Assembly (NCBI GenBank): GCA_046583315.1
Contig: JAYGCN010000141.1
Coordinates: 1-22,932 of the forward strand
Direction: 5' to 3'
Length of the DNA: 22,932 bases
Source: Candidatus Hydrogenedentota bacterium
GTDB taxonomy: Bacteria; Hydrogenedentota; Hydrogenedentia; Hydrogenedentales; GCA-2746185
Every line of letters begins with the position of its first letter. The first letter of the stretch is position 1. Below, piece by piece: positions 16,676-22,932 of this stretch. The position numbers and the translations under genes are program-made. The notes beneath the pieces were generated by a model that saw only the letters and a program-made list of their open reading frames with translations, did no database searches and had not been told where the DNA came from.

Positions 16676-18406
16676 ATGAACCCAACGCCACCGAATATCA
16701 ATCACTGCTGGACTTCCCTCATGATGGAGGAACTGCATCGGCTCGGCGTACAAACCGTCTGCATTGCGCCAGGATCGCGCTCGACACCGCTGACCTGGGC
16801 CGCAGCTCAGCATCGTGAACTGGAAACGGTTGTGCATTTCGACGAACGCGGGCTGGCCTTTCACGCACTCGGCATTGCCAAGGCATCCCACAGACCCGTT
16901 GCCATCGTGTGTACCTCCGGCAGCGCGGTGGCGAACCTGTTGCCCGCAGTCGTAGAAGCCTCCCAGACACACATTCCGCTCATTCTGCTCACCGCGGATC
17001 GCCCCTTCGAACTCGTCGATTGCGGCGCAAACCAAACCATCAAACAACCCGGTATCTTCGGCGAATACGTGCGCCACGAAGTAAATTTACCCTGCCCGGA
17101 CGTTGCCCTAGCCCCGAATGTACTGCTCACCACTCTCGACCATGCCGTGTTCATGGCTACCGGCCCGAACGCTGGTCCTGTACACATCGACTGTCCGTTT
17201 CGAGAACCGCTTGCGCCGGATGAGGATGGAGTGGATATTTCGGGGTACTGTGAACCCTTGGAGCGATGGAAAGACAGCGATACCTCATTCACACGCTATC
17301 CCTATGAGGGGAGAAATCCAGACTACGATTTTGATGCCTTCCAATCGGCGAAGCGGGCGATACTCCTAATCGGTCAATCCGTAATGCCCGAAGAACTTGG
17401 ATTTGCGATTGCACTATCCACGGTTTACGAGTTGCCTGTTGTTGCCGACATTGGCTCGCACGTGCGGTTAGATGGCCAACTAGAGAATTTGGTTGCTCAT
17501 GCAGACCTCATTCTTATCACAAAGCAGAAGTCACATCTTGAAAGTCTTGATGTCGTTATCCACATCGGCGGACCAATTGTTTCAAAAAGATTACAAACAC
17601 TTTTTGAATCTGATCCACCCGAACACTACATTCGAATTGCACAAGGATACGAACGGCTTGATCCAGGGCACCTCACAACACAACGGTACACGATTTGTTC
17701 GAACCATCAACCCTTGTTGTATACAGAAGAAATCAACATTGACACCACCTGGCGCGACAACCTCATCACGGCCTCTCAGACCATCGGGTCGTTCCTCGCA
17801 GGACGGTTTTCGGGCAACGACATCACCGAGCCGGGCGTGGTTCGCGCGATCACACAGACGGAGACCGATGCTCTGTTTCTTGGCAACAGCATGCCGATTC
17901 GCGACGCGGACATGTTCGGCGATCCCGGTGGGTATGTGGCTTCGGTATTTACCAATCGCGGGGCGAGCGGTATCGACGGCAATATCGCCACTGCGGCAGG
18001 AATCGCCCGCGAAAACGGGTCGATTACGGCGGTTCTGGGCGATCTCGCGGTGTTGCACGACCTGAATTCACTGGCCTTGCTGAAGACCAACAAGGTTGTG
18101 CTCGTGGTCATCAACAATCAGGGCGGCGGTATTTTTTCCATGTTGCCCGTCTCGGATCATGGCGAGTTGGTCGAGGAGTTTTTCGGCACCCCTCACGCCA
18201 TGACCTTCAAATCCGCCGCGAAACAATTTGACCTCACCTACGACTGCCCAACGACCATGAGCGACTTCAACGCGACTTACGAAGCGGCACTAAGTCGCGA
18301 GACCTCTTCCATCATCGAAGTACGAACCGATCGCAAAGAAAACGCGTCCTTCCACGAACAATTACAGCAAAACATCATCGACTTTATGAACAACGAAATG
18401 GAGTAG
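16676..18406 (+). CDS. menD: SEPHCHC synthase MenD
   Basis: PGSRSTPL, HFDERG, CTSGSAVANL, LTADRP, GPVHI, GNSMPIRD, NRGASGIDG, GDLA…HDLNSL, NNQGGGIF. ATG 16676 lies 8 nt after the menF stop. Confidence 0.95.
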   Translation: MNPTPPNINHCWTSLMMEELHRLGVQTVCIAPGSRSTPLTWAAAQHRELETVVHFDERGLAFHALGIAKASHRPVAIVCTSGSAVANLLPAVVEASQTHIPLILLTADRPFELVDCGANQTIKQPGIFGEYVRHEVNLPCPDVALAPNVLLTTLDHAVFMATGPNAGPVHIDCPFREPLAPDEDGVDISGYCEPLERWKDSDTSFTRYPYEGRNPDYDFDAFQSAKRAILLIGQSVMPEELGFAIALSTVYELPVVADIGSHVRLDGQLENLVAHADLILITKQKSHLESLDVVIHIGGPIVSKRLQTLFESDPPEHYIRIAQGYERLDPGHLTTQRYTICSNHQPLLYTEEINIDTTWRDNLITASQTIGSFLAGRFSGNDITEPGVVRAITQTETDALFLGNSMPIRDADMFGDPGGYVASVFTNRGASGIDGNIATAAGIARENGSITAVLGDLAVLHDLNSLALLKTNKVVLVVINNQGGGIFSMLPVSDHGELVEEFFGTPHAMTFKSAAKQFDLTYDCPTTMSDFNATYEAALSRETSSIIEVRTDRKENASFHEQLQQNIIDFMNNEME

Positions 18407-18412
18407 ACCGCC

Positions 18413-19177
18413 ATGACTACGATCGAACTTACCTTCCAGGACAACATTGCCATACTGAAACTCGATCGCCCGAAAGGCCACGCGATCAATCAGGCCATGG
18501 TCAACGAAATGCTGGAAGCCTTCCAAAAACTCGCGGACAGTAATACGGTGGACGGCGTCATCCTCGCGTCCAGCGGCTCCATCTTCTGCGGGGGACTTGA
18601 CGTGGTGGATCTATTTGAATATTCGCAAGATGAAATCGCTCATTTCTGGGAGACCTTCCTGCGCCTGCTGCGAAACATGATCGCGTTCCCGAAACCGCTC
18701 ATCTGCGCCATCAACGGTCACGCCCCGGCGGGTGGCTGTGTGTTCGCGATGTGTTGCGACCACCGAATCATGTCCTACGGCAAGGCGCGCATCGGATTAA
18801 ACGAAGTCCCAGTAGGCATTGTTGTTCCGCAATTCATTGTTGAATTGGCCCGCTTCACCGTCGGCAACCACAAAGCCTCGCAAATGTTCTACAACGGCCT
18901 GCTGCTGCAACCCGAAGAGGCCAAAGAATTCGGATTGGTCGACGAGACGTGTAAGGAAGAGGAATTGATGATTTGGGCCGAAACCAAACTCAAAAAGTGG
19001 ACCGATCTGCCTCAGAACCCCTGGCGTCTGGCAAAACAGAGCGTGCGCAAACCATTATTGGCGGCCCTGGATGCTATCAAACCGGACGAGGCCTTCCGAG
19101 ATACCCTTATCTCATGGTGGGATGATGAAAATCGCCGCCAGATCGGCAAACTGGTGGCGAAACTCAGCGGCAAATAG
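18413..19177 (+). CDS. crotonase-family enoyl-CoA hydratase/isomerase (Delta3,Delta2-enoyl-CoA isomerase-like)
   Basis: FCGGLDV, AINGHAPAGGC, IGLNEV, GLVDE; GGAG ribosome-binding site. Confidence 0.85.
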   Translation: MTTIELTFQDNIAILKLDRPKGHAINQAMVNEMLEAFQKLADSNTVDGVILASSGSIFCGGLDVVDLFEYSQDEIAHFWETFLRLLRNMIAFPKPLICAINGHAPAGGCVFAMCCDHRIMSYGKARIGLNEVPVGIVVPQFIVELARFTVGNHKASQMFYNGLLLQPEEAKEFGLVDETCKEEELMIWAETKLKKWTDLPQNPWRLAKQSVRKPLLAALDAIKPDEAFRDTLISWWDDENRRQIGKLVAKLSGK

Positions 19178-19263
19178 CGAATCGGCCATCCTCGAAAAGG
19201 GCAAATTGCCCCGTTTGGGCCGGTACCCGTCGGAGTACACAATCCCTTATGATCCCGATTCCG

Positions 19264-19292
19264 TTGATTAACAAAGGGCTAAATGGTACCAT
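19264..19292 (+). promoter_or_regulatory. sigma70 promoter for the ABC operon
   Basis: TTGATT-N17-TACCAT with TGn extension. Confidence 0.55.
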
Positions 19293-19400
19293 TGCTGGCT
19301 TTGTGAGCATCGATGAAATGGCACTTTTCTTGCCCCCCGGTGCTCTATTATCCGAATTTGCATTGCCCGGTTTCAGCAAAACGATGGAGAGAATGGAACA

Positions 19401-20351
19401 ATGATTAAAGCAGAAGGATTGACGATGCACTATGGGCCCGTCAAGGCGCTCCAGGATGTATCGTTTACTGTCGATGACGGCGAGATCGTAGCCCTGCTCG
19501 GGCCAAACGGCGCCGGCAAATCGACAACGATGAAGATTTTGACCACCTACCTGCATCCAACGGCTGGTACGGCGGAAATAAATGGTGTCAATGTGTTGGA
19601 AAATCCCCTCGAAGCACGTGCCAATATCGGCTATTTGCCAGAGACCCTTCCCTTATACATGGACATGGAAGTACGAAGCTACCTGAACTTCGTCGGCAAA
19701 GCCCGGGGCCTCAGCGGGGCGTTGCTGAAAGAACGCACCGAGCTCGTGCTCGAAGAATGTGCACTCACGCCGATGTACCGCAAAGTCATTCGCGAGTTAT
19801 CCAAAGGCTACAAGCAGCGCACAGGACTGGCCCAGGCATTGATTCACGATCCCAAGGTCATCATTCTTGATGAGCCGACCTCCGGCCTGGATCCGCACCA
19901 GATTCTCGAAATTCGCGAACTCATTCGTAAACTCGCGCACGGGAAAACGGTGCTGCTTTCTACCCATATCCTGCAAGAAGTTGAAGCCTCGGCCGATCGC
20001 GTGGTCATTGTCAGTCGCGGTCATCTCATTGCCGATGGTACCGTCGCCGAACTGAAAGCGGATGCTTCTGAATTCGACCGCGTACGAATCGGCGTAAAAG
20101 GCGATGCCAAAGAAATTGAACGCGCCCTGTCCAACGTGTCCGGGGCCAGCAAAGTGGAATCCGTCGACGCGGAAGACGGCTATGCAACCTTTACCGTATT
20201 CGGCGCACAGGACTCGGCCCTGTGGAAAGAAGTCAGCGCAGTCGCCCGCACCAACAACTGGGAGTTGAAAGAATTGATCGACCAACCCTTGAGCCTCGAA
20301 GAGACCTTCCTCGCACTTACTGAGAATGCCGGTAAAGGAGGTGTCGTATGA
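19401..20351 (+). CDS. ABC-2 type transporter ATP-binding protein (GldA-like)
   Basis: Walker A GPNGAGKST, signature LSKGYKQR, Walker B ILDEPTSGLDP, H-loop STH; C-terminal SLEETFLALT. Confidence 0.95.
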   Translation: MIKAEGLTMHYGPVKALQDVSFTVDDGEIVALLGPNGAGKSTTMKILTTYLHPTAGTAEINGVNVLENPLEARANIGYLPETLPLYMDMEVRSYLNFVGKARGLSGALLKERTELVLEECALTPMYRKVIRELSKGYKQRTGLAQALIHDPKVIILDEPTSGLDPHQILEIRELIRKLAHGKTVLLSTHILQEVEASADRVVIVSRGHLIADGTVAELKADASEFDRVRIGVKGDAKEIERALSNVSGASKVESVDAEDGYATFTVFGAQDSALWKEVSAVARTNNWELKELIDQPLSLEETFLALTENAGKGGVV

Positions 20352-22882
20352 ACAACGTACTCACCATCGCCAAACGCGAGTTAAACGCCTACTTCACTTC
20401 GCCCATCGGCTACATCGTGATGATCGTATTCGTCGCCGTTACGGTCGTACTATATATGCTGACCTTTTTCTCGTTTCCTGTGGCCGACATGCGTCCCTAC
20501 TTCGCAAGCATTCCCATGATGTTGAGCATCCTCATCGCCGCGATCACCATGCGTATCTGGGCCCAGGAACGCAGTGAAAACACCTGGGAAATGCTGCTAA
20601 CCTTCCCGATGAAAGCTTGGGAATTGGTTATCGGTAAATTCGTGGCCAGCCTAGTATTTTTCTTGCTCACGTTGAGCGCAACGGCCACGATTCCCATCAT
20701 GCTCGCTCAACTCGGCGACCCAGACGGGGGTGTAATATTCTCTTCCTATCTGGGCACCCTGTTGTTGGGGGCCTATTTTCTGTCTATAGGAATCTTCTTT
20801 TCCGGGTTCTTCAAAGACCAGATTCTCTCGTTCATCGTCACGCTCCTCACCTGTTTCGCCATTTTCATGCTAGGCAATACCTTAGTTGCGGCCTACCTGG
20901 ATAATGCGATACCGGGCCTCGGCCTGGGAACCCTGCTCAACGAAGTCGTAGGCCTCTCGGGACATTACACCGCCTTCGTTCGCGGCGTGATAGAAGTCGC
21001 GGACATCGTTTACTTTCTGGTATGGACAGCCATTTTCCTGTTCCTGAACATCCTCTACATTGATGGACGATCCCGCGCCGGAGCCAAAGTCATCTTCTCC
21101 ACAGCCGTCACCATTGCCTTGGCCATTGGCTTGATGGGCAACTGGCTGGTCAGCGATACCAGCCTCGGGCGTTTCGACATGACGGAAGACAAAATTTTCA
21201 CTGTGTCCCAGGCCTCGAAAAACATCCTGTCCGCCATCGACACACCGGTCCAGGTCAAAGTCTACATTTCGCCGAAGAAAGACATGCCCACGGGTATGAC
21301 TAGCCTTCAGCAGGATATCACGGACAAGCTGGAGGAATTCAGCGTGGCCTCGAAGGGCAAAATCGAATACACCGTCATCAACCTGGAAGCCTCTCAAGCC
21401 ATCACAACGGAAATCGACGACGGTCTTGAAACCGGCGAAGAGGAAGATGAGACCGAAGAAGAGGTGATCGAAAAACGTCTTCTCGAAAAAGGGGTTCAAC
21501 CTTTCACCGTACAGGCCATGAGCGACGACCAAATCATGAATAAGCTGATCTACTCGAGCATCGGGATTGCTTACAAAGACAAGAAAGAGGAAATTCTACC
21601 CCCGATTCTTCCGCAGGGTCTTCAAGATCTCGAATATCAGCTGGTCAGCACCATCTACAAACTCACGCGTGAAAAGAAACCCATCGTCGCGCTAGTAGCC
21701 CCCAAGGAAGCCATCAATATCCCGCCCGATCTGCGCCGCATGTACGAGCAAATGGGTCAACCCGTGCCGGAATCGGACGATCCCTACGAGATTCTTGAAC
21801 AGATTCTCGATTTCGAAAAATACGAAGTCATACGGGTCGATCTCACGCCGGAGAGCTCGCTGCCGGACGAATACGATACGCTCGTGGTCATCAACCCGCG
21901 CGAATTCAACGAACGCCAGCGCTGGGAAATCAACCGCGCCTTACTGTCCGGGAAATCGGTGGTGATGGCGGTGCAAACCTACGAATGGAACTACAGCGCG
22001 TCAGCACGCGGCACGCAAATCAACTCCCGCGAAGAAAATCCGAACATGAATCCGCTGCTTGAGGCCTACGGTCTCGGCGTTAGCGAAGAATTGCTCATGG
22101 ATGTAAACCATGTCGCGCTGACCATCCAGGCCGCCAACAATCCGCTTGCCGGTGCGCTGGGCATGGGGCAACAGGTGACACTTGAAACGCATATGCTCAT
22201 CAACAACGAAATGATGGACGAAGAAACTTCCATCACGAGTCGTCTCAATGCCATCTTCTATCTCTGGGGAACAGCGCTTGAAATCGACGAAGAAAAACTG
22301 GGCAAACTCGATCTCGAAGCAAAGGTGCTGATCACTACCTCAAAACGATCCTGGACCACCCCAAACGATCCAAAGTTGTCGGCTTCGGTATTCGATGAAC
22401 CCGCCGAAACGCAAGGGCGCTATCCGCTGATGGCGCTCGTGGAAGGGCAGTTCCCCGATGCCTTCGCCGACCAGGAACGTCCGGCATGGCCCATGCCCGA
22501 AGCGCAACTGGGAATGCCGCCTGCCACACCCATCGTGGAAACGGATGAGGTTGCTGAGATTACGCCAGCGCCGGGCAAGCTGATCTTGCTGGGGTGTTCG
22601 GAGATGTTCCGCAAGCAATTCCTGCAGTTTGGGAATCTCGACCTATTCCTGAACAGTGTCGATGCAGTAACATTGGGCGATGACGTGGTCAACGTGCGTG
22701 GACAAAAACTTGTTGACCGCCTGATTGAAATGCCCAATGCCGATACACGCCGCATGTGGAAATTTATCAATTACGGCTTACCAAGCACGGCGATCGCGCT
22801 CGTGGGAATCGTCAGCGCATTCCTTAGACGCCGATCCCGCAATGCCTACACATTATCCCAGATGAACGAAAACCAAGACTAA
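20348..22882 (+). CDS. fused GldF-like ABC permease and GldG-like auxiliary periplasmic domain
   Basis: IAKRELNAYFTSPIGY…TMRIWAQERSENTWEMLLT…GKF (GldF-like), then RFDMTEDKIFTVS…LEYQL…FLNSVD…C-terminal TM (GldG-like). ATGA overlap with the ATPase gene. Confidence 0.88.
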   Translation: MNNVLTIAKRELNAYFTSPIGYIVMIVFVAVTVVLYMLTFFSFPVADMRPYFASIPMMLSILIAAITMRIWAQERSENTWEMLLTFPMKAWELVIGKFVASLVFFLLTLSATATIPIMLAQLGDPDGGVIFSSYLGTLLLGAYFLSIGIFFSGFFKDQILSFIVTLLTCFAIFMLGNTLVAAYLDNAIPGLGLGTLLNEVVGLSGHYTAFVRGVIEVADIVYFLVWTAIFLFLNILYIDGRSRAGAKVIFSTAVTIALAIGLMGNWLVSDTSLGRFDMTEDKIFTVSQASKNILSAIDTPVQVKVYISPKKDMPTGMTSLQQDITDKLEEFSVASKGKIEYTVINLEASQAITTEIDDGLETGEEEDETEEEVIEKRLLEKGVQPFTVQAMSDDQIMNKLIYSSIGIAYKDKKEEILPPILPQGLQDLEYQLVSTIYKLTREKKPIVALVAPKEAINIPPDLRRMYEQMGQPVPESDDPYEILEQILDFEKYEVIRVDLTPESSLPDEYDTLVVINPREFNERQRWEINRALLSGKSVVMAVQTYEWNYSASARGTQINSREENPNMNPLLEAYGLGVSEELLMDVNHVALTIQAANNPLAGALGMGQQVTLETHMLINNEMMDEETSITSRLNAIFYLWGTALEIDEEKLGKLDLEAKVLITTSKRSWTTPNDPKLSASVFDEPAETQGRYPLMALVEGQFPDAFADQERPAWPMPEAQLGMPPATPIVETDEVAEITPAPGKLILLGCSEMFRKQFLQFGNLDLFLNSVDAVTLGDDVVNVRGQKLVDRLIEMPNADTRRMWKFINYGLPSTAIALVGIVSAFLRRRSRNAYTLSQMNENQD

Positions 22883-22922
22883 GTCGCAACACGATGTTGC
22901 ACATGAAAGACGGAGAGACGTT

Positions 22923-22932
22923 ATGAAGCCGA
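22923..22932 (+). CDS. start of the next gene (MKP…), truncated by the window edge
   Basis: GGAGAG followed by ATG AAG CCG; only 3 codons visible. Confidence 0.4.

Noticed and set aside
18413..19177. Calling the crotonase menB
   Set aside because: Lacks MenB signature motifs and resembles enoyl-CoA isomerases.
19164..19556. 130-aa minus-strand ORF and the gggca-aat-tgccc hairpin at 19199-19211
   Set aside because: The ORF is largely antisense to the ABC ATPase P-loop region. The hairpin is only 5 bp with a weak tail.

Overview
Bacterial chromosomal window, mostly housekeeping and envelope genes. Hand counts of sample coding lines give about 58-63% GC. The gene families (WPQFRG-type beta-propeller, GldA/GldF-GldG ABC, Tat-exported AP-superfamily protein) suggest a PVC/Hydrogenedentes-like diderm, which is inference only. 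Left to right: (1) an internally deleted, frameshifted AlgI/DltB-type MBOAT gene; (2) an AT-rich two-gene cassette between two copies of a 43-bp direct repeat that reads as a sigma70 promoter on the minus strand; (3) an MDR oxidoreductase, a PQQ-like beta-propeller, dcd and a secreted D-aminoacylase-like protein; (4) a degenerate ECF sigma region 2 fused to an anti-sigma-like membrane protein, split by a frameshift; (5) lemA with a partner gene, cysE and archaeal/eukaryote-type proS; (6) a triplex-capable purine/pyrimidine palindrome; (7) an uncharacterised pair of a Tat-exported AP-superfamily protein with altered metal ligands and a polytopic membrane protein; (8) menG-menF-menD followed by a non-MenB crotonase; (9) a GldA-like ATPase and a GldF-GldG fusion. 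No rRNA, tRNA, CRISPR array, integrase or transposase was recognised. All calls come from motif recognition by eye; no searches were run.
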